The position numbers and the translations under genes are program-made. The notes under the pieces were generated by a model. That model searched no databases. It saw only the letters and a list, made by a program, of their open reading frames with translations, and was not told where the DNA came from. Shown here in pieces: positions 20,279-30,393 of a DNA stretch of 64,000 nucleotides. How positions within the stretch are numbered: the stretch's first letter is position 1; the number at the start of each line of letters is the position of its first letter. This DNA comes from Actinomycetota bacterium (GTDB taxonomy: Bacteria; Actinomycetota; Actinomycetes; S36-B12; UBA10799): the NCBI GenBank assembly GCA_963169255.1, contig CAUJEJ010000086.1, forward strand, positions 26,981 to 90,980, in the 5' to 3' direction.

Positions 20279-23200
20279 TAGGAGTTCACCTCGCCAGCTG
20301 CGACTTGGGCCGCACGCAACGCAGCAAGATCACTCGAGTGTTGTTGCAAGCTTCGAACCGTCATCTCGCCACCAAGGAGGGATTCGATGCCCTCCACCGC
20401 GGCTGCGAGTCCTTGTGCCGTCGTAATACACGGAATGCCAAGCCGAACCGCGACAGTTCGAATTTCGTATCCGTCAACGCGAGCCCCCACGCCGTAGGGC
20501 GTGTTGACCACCATCGCGATCTCGCCTGCCTCCATCGCATCGATGGTGGTGGGCTCCCCTTTCGGTCCGACGCCTTCGAAGTGCTTGCGCAGCTCAGTGG
20601 TCTTGACCCCGTGACGCGCCAGCACAGCTGCTGTTCCAGGCGTCGCGGCAATCTCGAATCCGAGGTCGGCGAGCCGCTTGACCGGGAACACCATCGAGCG
20701 CTTGTCGCGGTCGGCCATCGACACGAAGACCCGTCCCGACGTCGGCAATCCCTCGGCAAAGGCGGCGGCCTGTGACTTCGCGAATGCGGTACCGAAGTCT
20801 TGGTCGATGCCCATCACTTCGCCGGTGGATCGCATCTCCGGCCCGAGCAGGGTGTCGACGCCGTGGAACCGACCAAACGGCAGCACTGCTTCCTTCACGG
20901 CCACCGGCCCTCCGACCGGAAGAGTGCCTCCGTCGCCCTGCGCCGTCAGCAGCCCTTCTGCGCGAAGTTCCGCGATCGTGGCACCCATCGCGATTCGTGC
21001 AGCTGCCTTTGCCATCGAGACACCCGTCGCCTTCGAAACGAACGGGACGGTGCGTGAAGCCCGTGGATTGGCCTCCAGGACGTAGAGGACTCCCCCAGCC
21101 AGCGCGTACTGAACGTTGAGCAACCCACGCACGCCCACGCCCTTGGCGATTGCCTCAGTGCTGCGGCGAACACGATCGATCTCGGTCCGGCTCAAGGTGA
21201 TTGGAGGAAGCGCGCACGCCGAGTCGCCAGAGTGGACGCCTGCTTCTTCAATGTGTTCCATGACCCCACCGAGGAACAGATCGGTTCCGTCGTAGAGCGC
21301 ATCAACATCGATCTCGATCGCATCGTCAAGGAATCGGTCGACCAAGACTGGATGTTCGGGACTCGCTTCGGTGGCCCGCTGCAGGTAGTCAGCAAGCATC
21401 GCGTCGTCGTACACAATCTCCATTCCCCGACCACCGAGGACATAGGACGGGCGAACGAGGACGGGATACCCAACACGTTGCGCGATTTCTTGTGCCTGAT
21501 CGAAACTACTCGCAAGCCCGTGCGCGGGTGAGGGCAATCCGGCTTCATCCAGCACCCGGCCGAACTCACCGCGCTCCTCGGCAAGATCGATGGCCTCCGG
21601 GCTGGTCCCGACTACCGGAACGCCAGCGTCTTTGAGAGTCTGCGCGAGCCCGAGCGGAGTCTGTCCTCCTAGCTGACAGATCACTCCGGCCACCGGGCCC
21701 GCAGCGGCCTCTGCTTCGTACACCGCGAGGACATCTTCGGCAGTGAGTGGTTCAAAGTAGAGGCGATCCGAGGTGTCGTAGTCGGTCGACACGGTCTCGG
21801 GGTTGCAGTTCACCATGACTGTCTCGTAGCCAGCTTCACGAAGCGCAAGTGCGGCGTGCACACACGAGTAGTCAAACTCGATCCCTTGGCCAATTCGGTT
21901 AGGCCCAGACCCGAGGATTAGCACCGCCGGGCGTTCACGCGGTGACACTTCGGTCTCGTCGTCGTACGTCGAATAGTGGTAGGGCGTCTTCGCTTCAAAC
22001 TCAGCGGCACAGGTATCGACCGTCTTGTAGACCGGTTCGACGTTCAACTCCCTGCGCAGCTTGCGGATGTCGGATTCGTTGACCGTGGACTCGCTTGTGC
22101 TGCGCAGCGCTGCAAGCTGAACGTCGGCGAAGCCGTGCCGTTTTGCGTACCGAAGCAGATCGGCATCGAGGATATCTGCCTGGCGAACTTCGTCGGCGAT
22201 CTCGTTGATCAGCGAAATTTGATCGAGGTACCAGGGGTCAATGTCTGTGGCTTCGTGAACTTGTTCGATGCTGGCACCAGCCCAGAGTGCTAGCTGAACC
22301 TCGTTGAGCCGACCGTCGCGGGGAACCCGCATCTGGTCAAGCAACCCAGGCACATCAACGTCAGCTGCGCCTGCGGGCCAACTGAACGAAGCACCGCGCT
22401 TCTCCACACTGCGAAGTGCCTTCTGCAGCGCCTCGGTGAAGTTGCGCCCGATTGCCATTGCCTCGCCGACACTCTTCATCGTGGTGGTGAGGGTTTGATC
22501 AGCGTTCGGGAATTTCTCGAACGCGAACCGTGGCACCTTCACGACGACGTAGTCGAGCGTTGGCTCGAACGCGGCAGGGGTGACCTTGGTGATGTCATTG
22601 GGAATCTCGTCGAGCGTGTAGCCAACGGCAAGCTTCGCGGCAATCTTGGCGATGGGAAATCCGGTCGCCTTCGACGCCAGCGCCGAGGAGCGCGAGACTC
22701 GCGGATTCATCTCGATCACGATCATCCGCCCGGTGTCGGGATCGATCGCAAACTGGATGTTGCAGCCACCGGTATCGACGCCAACCTTGCGGATGACCTC
22801 AATACCGACGTCGCGCATTCGTTGGAACTCCCGATCGGTCAACGTCAGCGAAGGTGCAACCGTGATCGAGTCACCGGTATGGACTCCGACCGGGTCCACG
22901 TTCTCAATCGAACACACCACAACAACGTTGTCGTGGTGGTCGCGCATCATCTCGAGTTCGTACTCCTTCCAGCCCAGAATCGACTCCTCGAGGAGCACTT
23001 CGGAGGTCGGACTCGCCGCCAACCCTGAGCCCGCAATCCGGCGCAGGTCCTCGACGTTGTATGCCATCCCCGAACCGGCTCCGCCCATGGTGAACGAGGG
23101 CCGCACCACCATGGGGTAGCCGAGTTCTTCGACTGCAGCAAAGCACTCGTCGAGCGTATGGCAAATGACACTGCGCGCAGATTCGGCTTGGTAGCCGTCA

Positions 23201-23622
23201 ATGTTGATGGTCGCGACGATTTCTTTGAACTGCTCACGGTTCTCGCCAGCGACGATTGCTGCGACCTTCGCGCCGATCAATTCGACGTCGTATCGCTCAA
23301 GCGTGCCAGCGTCGTGCAGCGCCATGGCAGCATTCAGCGCGGTCTGGCCACCGAGGGTCGGTAGTACCGCGTCAGGGCGTTCGATCGCGATGATCTTCTC
23401 GATGATCTCGGGCGTGATCGGCTCGACGTACGTTGCGTCGGCGAACTCCGGATCCGTCATGATCGTGGCTGGATTACTGTTCACCAAGATCACGCGAATA
23501 CCCTCTTCGCGCAGAACGCGGCAGGCCTGTGTACCCGAGTAGTCAAACTCGCAGGCCTGTCCGATCACAATCGGGCCAGACCCGATGACCAGCACACTGT
23601 TGATGTCGGAACGGCGAGGCAT
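20278..23622 (-). CDS. carB: carbamoyl-phosphate synthase large subunit
   Basis: 1114 aa with duplicated ATP-grasp halves and an MGS-like C-terminus. N-terminus [30 protein letters not shown]. Confidence 0.98.
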   Translation of the reverse strand: MPRRSDINSVLVIGSGPIVIGQACEFDYSGTQACRVLREEGIRVILVNSNPATIMTDPEFADATYVEPITPEIIEKIIAIERPDAVLPTLGGQTALNAAMALHDAGTLERYDVELIGAKVAAIVAGENREQFKEIVATINIDGYQAESARSVICHTLDECFAAVEELGYPMVVRPSFTMGGAGSGMAYNVEDLRRIAGSGLAASPTSEVLLEESILGWKEYELEMMRDHHDNVVVVCSIENVDPVGVHTGDSITVAPSLTLTDREFQRMRDVGIEVIRKVGVDTGGCNIQFAIDPDTGRMIVIEMNPRVSRSSALASKATGFPIAKIAAKLAVGYTLDEIPNDITKVTPAAFEPTLDYVVVKVPRFAFEKFPNADQTLTTTMKSVGEAMAIGRNFTEALQKALRSVEKRGASFSWPAGAADVDVPGLLDQMRVPRDGRLNEVQLALWAGASIEQVHEATDIDPWYLDQISLINEIADEVRQADILDADLLRYAKRHGFADVQLAALRSTSESTVNESDIRKLRRELNVEPVYKTVDTCAAEFEAKTPYHYSTYDDETEVSPRERPAVLILGSGPNRIGQGIEFDYSCVHAALALREAGYETVMVNCNPETVSTDYDTSDRLYFEPLTAEDVLAVYEAEAAAGPVAGVICQLGGQTPLGLAQTLKDAGVPVVGTSPEAIDLAEERGEFGRVLDEAGLPSPAHGLASSFDQAQEIAQRVGYPVLVRPSYVLGGRGMEIVYDDAMLADYLQRATEASPEHPVLVDRFLDDAIEIDVDALYDGTDLFLGGVMEHIEEAGVHSGDSACALPPITLSRTEIDRVRRSTEAIAKGVGVRGLLNVQYALAGGVLYVLEANPRASRTVPFVSKATGVSMAKAAARIAMGATIAELRAEGLLTAQGDGGTLPVGGPVAVKEAVLPFGRFHGVDTLLGPEMRSTGEVMGIDQDFGTAFAKSQAAAFAEGLPTSGRVFVSMADRDKRSMVFPVKRLADLGFEIAATPGTAAVLARHGVKTTELRKHFEGVGPKGEPTTIDAMEAGEIAMVVNTPYGVGARVDGYEIRTVAVRLGIPCITTAQGLAAAVEGIESLLGGEMTVRSLQQHSSDLAALRAAQVAAGEVNS

Positions 23623-23624
23623 CT

Positions 23625-24773
23625 CTAGTTCCCTACCTTCGTCGTGGTCGTTTCCAATAGATCAAAGAACCTGTCGAAGAGGTACGCGGAATCGTGGGGA
23701 CCCGCCGCGGCCTCAGGGTGGTACTGAACGGAGAAGGCAGGCACGTCGAGACACTCGACGCCCTCCACAACGTTGTCGTTAAGGCCGAGGTGACTCACCC
23801 GTGTCCGACCGAATTCGGTATCGACGATCTCGTCGATGGGTGCTTGCACCGCGAACCCGTGGTTCTGGGAGGTGATCTCGACCCGGCGGGTTCGCAAGTC
23901 CATAACCGGCTGGTTGATACCGCGGTGGCCGAACTGAAGCTTGTAGGTGCTGAACCCCAAAGCTCGAGCCAGGATCTGATTGCCGAAGCAGATTCCAAAA
24001 ACTGGCAGGCGGTTCGCCAATGCCCATCGCACCAACGCGACTGGAGCTTCAGCGGTTGCCGGGTCACCAGGTCCGTTTGAGAGGAAGAGTCCGTCGACGC
24101 CAAGCGCAGCGATGTCTTCGGAGGTTGCGCTTGCAGGCACCACGACAACTTCGATTCCACGCTTGGCCATGAGTGCCGGGGTCATGGACTTGATTCCGAG
24201 GTCCACCGCCGCCACGCGAAAACGACGTTCGCCAACGGCTGGGACGGTGTAAGGCTCATCGGTCGTCACCTCGGCGGACAGGTCAGCGCCGGCCATCAGC
24301 GGGCTGTCGTTTACCAGCGTCACCAGTTCAGCAATGTCTTGATCGGCAGCTGCGCCGGCAAACACGCCCGCGCGCATCGATCCGCGATCCCGTAGGTGGC
24401 GCGTGATTGCCCGGGTGTCGACGTCGGCGATTCCGACGACACCGAATTCGGTGAGGTCATCAACCAGCGTCCGCTGCGAGCGCCAGTTGCTGGCAATCCG
24501 GCTTGGATCGCGAACCACGTACCCGCTTACCCAGATTCGGCGGGACTCACTGTCCTCGTCATTCATCCCGGTGTTGCCCACGTGCGGTGCCGTCATCACG
24601 ACGATCTGACGCTGGTAGGACGGGTCCGTCAATGTCTCTTGGTACCCCGACATGCCGGTTGCGAACACGACTTCCGCCAACGCTGTTCCATCCGGTCCGA
24701 ATGAACTCCCACGGAATACCCGGCCGTCTTCAAGAACCAGAAGTCCTGGCTTGTGCAATCTACGACTACTCAT
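23625..24773 (-). CDS. carA: carbamoyl-phosphate synthase small (glutaminase) subunit
   Basis: Start reset to ATG 24773 ([17 protein letters not shown]) behind GGGGAGGG. Nucleophile motif GICFGNQIL and QYHPEA are present. Confidence 0.95.
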   Translation of the reverse strand: MSSRRLHKPGLLVLEDGRVFRGSSFGPDGTALAEVVFATGMSGYQETLTDPSYQRQIVVMTAPHVGNTGMNDEDSESRRIWVSGYVVRDPSRIASNWRSQRTLVDDLTEFGVVGIADVDTRAITRHLRDRGSMRAGVFAGAAADQDIAELVTLVNDSPLMAGADLSAEVTTDEPYTVPAVGERRFRVAAVDLGIKSMTPALMAKRGIEVVVVPASATSEDIAALGVDGLFLSNGPGDPATAEAPVALVRWALANRLPVFGICFGNQILARALGFSTYKLQFGHRGINQPVMDLRTRRVEITSQNHGFAVQAPIDEIVDTEFGRTRVSHLGLNDNVVEGVECLDVPAFSVQYHPEAAAGPHDSAYLFDRFFDLLETTTTKVGN

Positions 24774-25317
24774 GGTTTGTCCCTCCCCCGTGGGCACTTT
24801 GCCCGCGATGTGCATCGCTCCAAAGCTTCCCGCTCGGCAATTGTGCCAAGGCCGAAACGACCGCCACTCTTGCCTGTGCATCCGGCACTCGAAGTCCGGT
24901 TTGCAGGAGTTGTTCACCCCATACCCAACTCACCACAATGACTCCTTCACTGCCGTAGACCCGCCCCGCCAGACCGCGCGCAAGCTCAACCTTGGTGATG
25001 GCGTTCTGCGGCACGAACAGCGCGTCCGTGCCGACCCGCTCAACGATGAGCCCCTGACTCTCCACGGCGATGGCTGCAGGTCCGCGACTACCCAGGCCTT
25101 GAGCTGCAACCTTGTCAAGCCAATGCTCGATGGTGACGGTCCCGAGATACGTTGCATGGTCGACGCGTAGCGCACCATCAGAGACCGAATTCGGCGCCAT
25201 TGCGAGCACTGGTATGTCCGCACCGGCAGCTGTGCGTCTCCGCCAACTCGTCGACATCAGCCGAAGCGCTAACGCGATAGCGGCGATGACGAGAATCACC
25301 AGGATGAGACGGGCCAC
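24766..25317 (-). CDS. membrane-anchored protein of unknown function embedded in the pyrimidine operon (position of M. tuberculosis Rv1382)
   Basis: 183 aa. N-terminal helix ARLILVILVIAAIALALRLM, then a soluble domain. The GTG start shares 1 nt with the pyrC stop (TAGTG), and the 3' end overlaps the carA start by 8 nt. Confidence 0.7.
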   Translation of the reverse strand: MARLILVILVIAAIALALRLMSTSWRRRTAAGADIPVLAMAPNSVSDGALRVDHATYLGTVTIEHWLDKVAAQGLGSRGPAAIAVESQGLIVERVGTDALFVPQNAITKVELARGLAGRVYGSEGVIVVSWVWGEQLLQTGLRVPDAQARVAVVSALAQLPSGKLWSDAHRGQSAHGGGTNHE

Positions 25318-26618
25318 TATCGGGTCCTTTCGGCGGTGCCGTCGGTAACCGTCGGATTGCCTGCGTAGATCGTGTGCACAACCCGACCGGGGAGCACTCG
25401 CTCACGATAGGGCGTGTTCCGACTCAAGCTCGCAAGTTCAGTCGGTCGCACTGTCCAGGTCGCGGCAGGATCGACCAGGGTCAGGTGCGCAGGTTCGCCT
25501 GCCGCAATTGAGCCGCCCTGACCCTTAACCCGACCGATCTGCGCGGGACGTCTGGACATGCGGTCGGCTACGCCTACCCAATCAAGCAGCCCGGTATTGA
25601 CCATCGACTCAACAACGACGGAGAAGGCGGTCTCGAGGCCGAGCATCCCGAAAGCCGCGGCACTCCATTCGCATTCCTTGTCTTCCACCGGATGCGGCGC
25701 ATGATCGGTCGCGACGGCGTCGATCGTGCCGTCTGCGAGCCCTTCCCGCAAAGCGAGCACATCTTCCTGCGTGCGCAACGGAGGATTCACCTTGAAGTGC
25801 GGGTCGTAGCTTCGCGCAAGCTCATCGGTCAGGAGGAGATGGTGAGGGGTGACCTCAGCTGTGACGTTGATGCCCTTGGATTTTGCCCACCGAATCAGTT
25901 CGACAGACCCCGCCGTCGACACATGGCATACGTGCAGTCGGCTGTCGACATGCTGAGTCAGCAGCACGTCACGGGCGATGATCGCCTCTTCGGCAACCGC
26001 TGGCCACCCGCGAAGCCCCAACGTGCCCGACAGCACCCCTTCGTTCATCTGCGCGCCTTCAGTCAGGCGCGGTTCTTGTGCGTGCTGGGCGATTGCACCG
26101 TCGAAGGCCTTGACGTACTCCAACGCGCGCCGCATGATCACGGCATCATCGACGCATTTGCCATCGTCGGAGAACAACCGCACCTGCGCAGCAGACGCCG
26201 CCATCGCGCCGAGTTCGGCCATGTGTTGACCAGCGAGTCCGACAGTTACCGCACCGACGGGCCGCACTTCGCACCACTCCGCCTCTTTGCCAAGACGCCA
26301 GACCTGCTCGACAACACCAGCGGTGTCGGCAACGGGTTCAGTGTTCGCCATCGCGTGGACACAGGTGAACCCTCCAAGCGCGGCGGCCCTCGTTCCAGAC
26401 TCGACGGTTTCTGCATCTTCACGGCCCGGCTCGCGCAGGTGCGTATGAAGATCCACGAATCCGGGTAGCGCTACGAGGCCGTCCGCATCGATCGTGCGTG
26501 CGCCCCCTGTATCAGCCTTTCCCCCGCCAACGACCTCGACGATTCGGTCGCCGTCGATGACGATGTCGACCGCCGCCCCACCGAGGGGTGACGCTCCAGT
26601 TACCACGATGCGGGGCAT
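25317..26618 (-). CDS. pyrC: dihydroorotase
   Basis: 433 aa. Metal-binding motif VDLHTHLREPG and an amidohydrolase fold. The ATG shares 1 nt with the pyrB stop (TGATG). Confidence 0.95.
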   Translation of the reverse strand: MPRIVVTGASPLGGAAVDIVIDGDRIVEVVGGGKADTGGARTIDADGLVALPGFVDLHTHLREPGREDAETVESGTRAAALGGFTCVHAMANTEPVADTAGVVEQVWRLGKEAEWCEVRPVGAVTVGLAGQHMAELGAMAASAAQVRLFSDDGKCVDDAVIMRRALEYVKAFDGAIAQHAQEPRLTEGAQMNEGVLSGTLGLRGWPAVAEEAIIARDVLLTQHVDSRLHVCHVSTAGSVELIRWAKSKGINVTAEVTPHHLLLTDELARSYDPHFKVNPPLRTQEDVLALREGLADGTIDAVATDHAPHPVEDKECEWSAAAFGMLGLETAFSVVVESMVNTGLLDWVGVADRMSRRPAQIGRVKGQGGSIAAGEPAHLTLVDPAATWTVRPTELASLSRNTPYRERVLPGRVVHTIYAGNPTVTDGTAERTR

Positions 26619-27589
26619 CAGATTCCTTCCAACGGTCCGTCGATTGGGGTCTCGGCAGGCGCATTCCCGCCAAGCAAGAGGTACAGCACGGCCATTCGCA
26701 CGCTCACGCCATTGGCGACTTGCTCCACGATCACCGACCGCTTCGAATCGGCGACGTCGGCCGTGATTTCCATGCCGCGATTCATCGGGCCTGGGTGCAT
26801 CACAATCGACTGCTCGCTTAGCAACGACATCCGGTGGTTGTCCAACCCGTACCGTCGGCTGTATTCACGCGCGGTTGGGAAGTAGGAATCAGTCATTCGT
26901 TCAAGTTGCACCCGCAGCATCATGACCGCGTCGGATTCCGGAATCACTGGGTCGAGGTCGTAGGAGACGTTGCAGGGCCAGGTCTCGACACCGATCGGAA
27001 GCAGCGTTGGGGGCGCAACCAAAGTGACATCAGCACCCAGAGTCGACAGCAACAGGACATTCGAGCGTGCGACGCGGCTGTGCAGCACATCGCCAACGAT
27101 GGTGACCTTCTTGCCAGTGAGATCGCCTTCGCCGCCCGCAAGGTTCTCTCTGAGCGTGAAGGCGTCAAGCAGCGCTTGAGTCGGGTGTTCGTGGGTTCCG
27201 TCGCCGGCGTTCACGACGCTGCCGCCGATCCAGCCAGAGCTAGCCAACCGGTGCGGCGCCCCGCTCGAGCCGTGCCTGACGACAACCGCGTCAGCCCCCA
27301 TCGCTTCAAGCGTGAGCGCGGTGTCCTTCAAACTCTCGCCTTTGGAAACGCTTGAGCCCTTCGCACTGAAATTAATGACGTCGGCTGATAGCCGCTTCGC
27401 AGCGGCCTCGAACGAAATCCTCGTGCGAGTCGAATCCTCAAAGAACAGATTGACGACGGTCCGCCCGCGAAGCGTCGGGAGTTTCTTCACCGGGCGGTCA
27501 GCGACTTGAGCCAACTGTGCAGCGGTATCGAGTACGAGGAGCGCGTCTGCCCGGCTCAGATCTGCGGCTGAAAGCAAATGTCGTTTCAC
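26618..27589 (-). CDS. pyrB: aspartate carbamoyltransferase catalytic subunit
   Basis: 323 aa with motifs STRTR, HEHPTQ and HPGPMNRG. The GTG start overlaps the pyrR stop (GTGA at 27586-27589). Confidence 0.95.
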   Translation of the reverse strand: MKRHLLSAADLSRADALLVLDTAAQLAQVADRPVKKLPTLRGRTVVNLFFEDSTRTRISFEAAAKRLSADVINFSAKGSSVSKGESLKDTALTLEAMGADAVVVRHGSSGAPHRLASSGWIGGSVVNAGDGTHEHPTQALLDAFTLRENLAGGEGDLTGKKVTIVGDVLHSRVARSNVLLLSTLGADVTLVAPPTLLPIGVETWPCNVSYDLDPVIPESDAVMMLRVQLERMTDSYFPTAREYSRRYGLDNHRMSLLSEQSIVMHPGPMNRGMEITADVADSKRSVIVEQVANGVSVRMAVLYLLLGGNAPAETPIDGPLEGI

Positions 27590-28173
27590 GCGACTTCACC
27601 GCCGGGGTTCGGACCGCCACGGGGCGACTGGCCGCCAGAGGAGAGAGTGACCGCATCATCGCCATCAAGTTCGGCGAGCCGGACTCGCACCGATTCCTGC
27701 AACGACGTCGGGAGGTTCTTCCCCACGTAGTCCGCCCGAATGGGTAACTCGCGGTGCCCTCGGTCAATGAGGACAGCCAAGCGAACCACCCGCGGACGGC
27801 CGAGTTCGTTCAGCGCGTCTAGCGCTGCCCGCACAGTGCGCCCAGAGAACAGAACATCGTCAACCAAGACAACGATTCGGCCGTCGACACCCACCTCAGG
27901 GAGCGCGGTGGTTTCTAGTGCACGCGCGGGTCGGAGTCGAAGGTCATCGCGGTACATCGTGATGTCAAGCGCGCCTACCGGGACGTCAGCGTTCTCGAAC
28001 TCGGAGATCCGGCGTCCGATTCGGTTTGCAAGCGGGACTCCCCGCGACTGGATTCCCAGCAACACGAGGTCCTGAGCACCCTTGGCGCCTTCAATGATCT
28101 CGTGTGAAATTCGGGTCAATACCCGATCTATATCTGCGGCCTCAAAGACCGTGCGAACCCGCGGCGAATTCAC
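27586..28173 (-). CDS. pyrR: bifunctional pyrimidine operon regulator / uracil phosphoribosyltransferase
   Basis: 195 aa with PRPP motif [21 protein letters not shown] start behind GGGGAAGGGGG. Confidence 0.93.
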   Translation of the reverse strand: MNSPRVRTVFEAADIDRVLTRISHEIIEGAKGAQDLVLLGIQSRGVPLANRIGRRISEFENADVPVGALDITMYRDDLRLRPARALETTALPEVGVDGRIVVLVDDVLFSGRTVRAALDALNELGRPRVVRLAVLIDRGHRELPIRADYVGKNLPTSLQESVRVRLAELDGDDAVTLSSGGQSPRGGPNPGGEVA

Positions 28174-28189
28174 GCGCGAACCCCCTTCC

Positions 28190-28205
28190 CCGCCTCACAG
28201 GACGG
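28190..28205 (-). promoter_or_regulatory. candidate PyrR-binding RNA element overlapping the pyrR Shine-Dalgarno
   Basis: The minus-strand RNA reads CCGUC-CUGUGA-GGCGG, a 5-bp stem. The element GUCCUGUGAGGC resembles the remembered PyrR box (A/G)UCCAGAGAGG(C/U). The 3' arm runs into the GGGGAAGGGGG ribosome-binding site (28181-28191). Confidence 0.35.
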
Positions 28206-28382
28206 AAATTAAAGGACGTCGTGCAACAGCAGTCAGGTTACCAACGGCCTCGCATGCGTGTGGTCGGCGACCCACTGCCAGCGTGAGGCACATCGCACGT
28301 TCGCTCATTCGGTTGAGAATTCTGGCCAATTGGTGCTCCCAAGTTGCGTCCCTATCGTCACGCTCCGTAGCGTCTGCTCCGC

Positions 28383-28427
28383 GAGACCAATGATCACGAC
28401 GAGACCAGTGATCACGACGAGACCAAC
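28383..28427 (+). repeat. tandem 18-bp direct repeat (2.5 copies) in the bldD 5' leader
   Basis: GAGACCAATGATCACGAC (28383-28400), GAGACCAGTGATCACGAC (28401-28418) and GAGACCAAC (28419-28427). Each full unit carries a TGATCA / GTGATCAC palindrome. The array ends 3 nt before the GGGGGTGAG ribosome-binding site of bldD. Confidence 0.85.
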
Positions 28428-28437
28428 AGGGGGTGAG

Positions 28438-28926
28438 ATGGCCAGCGACTATGCGAAGGCACTCGGTGCCAAGCTTCGTGCCATCCGCCAGCAGCAAGGA
28501 CTAAGTCTGCACGGAGTCGAAGAACGCTCTGGTGGCCGCTGGAAGGCTGTGGTGGTTGGCTCGTACGAACGAGGCGACCGCGCTGTCACGGTGCAAAAAC
28601 TCGCAGAACTGGCCGAGTTCTATAGCGTGCCAGTCTCGGAACTACTGCCAGATGCCGCTCCGGCGCCTGCTGCGGAACCGCCACCACGTCTTGTCCTCGA
28701 CCTCGAACGACTGGGCCAAGTACCAGCTGAGAAGGCAGGACCACTCGCCCGCTACGCCGCCGCCATCCAGGCGCAGCGTGGGGACTACAACGGTCGAATC
28801 CTGTCAATCCGGCAAGACGATCTGCGGACCCTTGCCGTGATCTATGACGAGTCGCCGAGCCTGTTGGCCGAACAGCTGATCGCCTGGGGTGTATTGAATC
28901 CTGAAGCCCGACGGGCGATGGAATAA
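28438..28926 (+). CDS. bldD: BldD-family developmental / c-di-GMP-responsive transcriptional regulator
   Basis: Start reset to ATG 28438. The 162-aa protein MASDYAKALGAKLRAIRQQQGLSLHGVEERSGGRWKAVVVGSYERGDRAVTV...RGDYNGRILSIRQDDLRTLAVIYD is near-colinear with my recollection of Streptomyces BldD. It is divergent from pyrR, as in Streptomyces. Confidence 0.9.
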   Translation: MASDYAKALGAKLRAIRQQQGLSLHGVEERSGGRWKAVVVGSYERGDRAVTVQKLAELAEFYSVPVSELLPDAAPAPAAEPPPRLVLDLERLGQVPAEKAGPLARYAAAIQAQRGDYNGRILSIRQDDLRTLAVIYDESPSLLAEQLIAWGVLNPEARRAME

Positions 28927-28954
28927 CCGCTGAACTCCCCCGTCGAACCTTCAG

Positions 28955-30388
28955 CTACTGCTTGAGGTCGATTTCCTGCGTTCCCATGATGTGAACCCGC
29001 ATACCGTTCGTCGTGCCCGCAACTCCTGGCGGCACTCCGGCAATCACGACAACTCTGTCGCCCGGTTCGCATCGGCGCAGCGCCAACAGTTGGTTGTCTA
29101 CGAGTCGCACCATCTCATCGGTTGATTCCGCATGTGGGGTCAAGAAGGTCTCCACTCCCCAAACCAATGACAATTGGGACCGGACGCGCTGGCTTGGCGT
29201 AAACGCAACCAATGGGATCGGGGACCGGTGTCGGGCGACCAACCGAGTTGTCAGGCCAGTCTCGGTGAAGGTACACAGGTGGGTCGCTCCCACCGCGCCG
29301 CCAACTTGGCACGCAGCCTGAGTGAGCGCACGGGCCGTTGAGCCAACCTTGGAATCGGCAACGTTAGGAACTTGCTGCAGGCTTTCCTCTTCAACATGGC
29401 GAATGATCCGTGCCATCGTTTCGACGACTGTAATGGGGTGGTCACCCACGCTGGTCTCAGCAGACAACATCAGCGCATCGGTCCCGTCAAGCACCGCGTT
29501 TGCTACATCTGAGGCCTCTGCCCGAGTAGGACGTCGTGCGGTGATCATCGAGTCGAGCATCTGGGTAGCCACAATCACGGGCTTGCCAGCATTGCGGCAC
29601 ATGGAAATTGCTTGCTTCTGAACCAGCGGCACTTGCTCGATCGGAAGCTCCACACCAAGGTCACCACGGGCGACCATGATGCCGTCGAACGCCGCAACGA
29701 TCTCTGCCAAATTGTGGACTGCCTGCGGCTTCTCGATTTTGGCCAGCACGGGCACTCGGATGCCAACTTCGTCCATCACGGCGTGCACGTCATCGAGGTC
29801 GGCAGCTGAGCGCACGAATGACAGCGCCACCAAGTCCGTCCCAGCCTTCAAAGCCCACCGCAGGTCGTCGATGTCCTTTTCAGCCAACGCTGGCACACTC
29901 ACCGCGACGCCCGGCATGTTGATGCCCTTGTTGTCTGAGACTGGCCCACCTTCAAGCACCTCGGTGATGACGTCATTGCCGGCTACTGCCTCGACACGTA
30001 GCAGAATTCGGCCATCGTCAACAAGGAGGAGATCGCTCGGACGCACATCCGCCGCTAGACCCGAGTAGGTCGTCGAACAGCGGTTGACGTCGCCCACGCA
30101 CGGATCTGTTGTGATCGTGAATCGAGCACCCACCACCAGTTCGACAGGTCCATTTCCGAACCGTCCGAGGCGGATCTTTGGCCCTTGCAGGTCGGCGAGT
30201 ACGGCCACACCGCGTCCGGTTGCATCTGTCGCGCGCCTGACGGCATCAATAGCGGCCTGATGATCAGCGTGGTCGCCGTGGCTCAGGTTGAGCCGGGCGA
30301 CGTCCATTCCCGCGGATACCAACTTCTCCAGAACGCCGGGCTTGGCAGTCGCTGGACCTAGTGTGCAAACTATCTTCGCGCGTCTCAT
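28955..30388 (-). CDS. pyk: pyruvate kinase
   Basis: Start reset to ATG 30388 (MRRAKIVCTLGPATA). Motif MVARGDLGVELP is present. Confidence 0.95.
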   Translation of the reverse strand: MRRAKIVCTLGPATAKPGVLEKLVSAGMDVARLNLSHGDHADHQAAIDAVRRATDATGRGVAVLADLQGPKIRLGRFGNGPVELVVGARFTITTDPCVGDVNRCSTTYSGLAADVRPSDLLLVDDGRILLRVEAVAGNDVITEVLEGGPVSDNKGINMPGVAVSVPALAEKDIDDLRWALKAGTDLVALSFVRSAADLDDVHAVMDEVGIRVPVLAKIEKPQAVHNLAEIVAAFDGIMVARGDLGVELPIEQVPLVQKQAISMCRNAGKPVIVATQMLDSMITARRPTRAEASDVANAVLDGTDALMLSAETSVGDHPITVVETMARIIRHVEEESLQQVPNVADSKVGSTARALTQAACQVGGAVGATHLCTFTETGLTTRLVARHRSPIPLVAFTPSQRVRSQLSLVWGVETFLTPHAESTDEMVRLVDNQLLALRRCEPGDRVVVIAGVPPGVAGTTNGMRVHIMGTQEIDLKQ

Positions 30389-30393
30389 GAGGT

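Noticed and set aside
28383-28427. Whether the bldD-leader tandem repeats could be a CRISPR remnant or mobile-element end.
   Set aside because: The units are directly abutting 18-mers with no spacers. No cas, transposase or integrase genes, or target-site duplications, occur anywhere in the window. It is reported instead as a possible operator.
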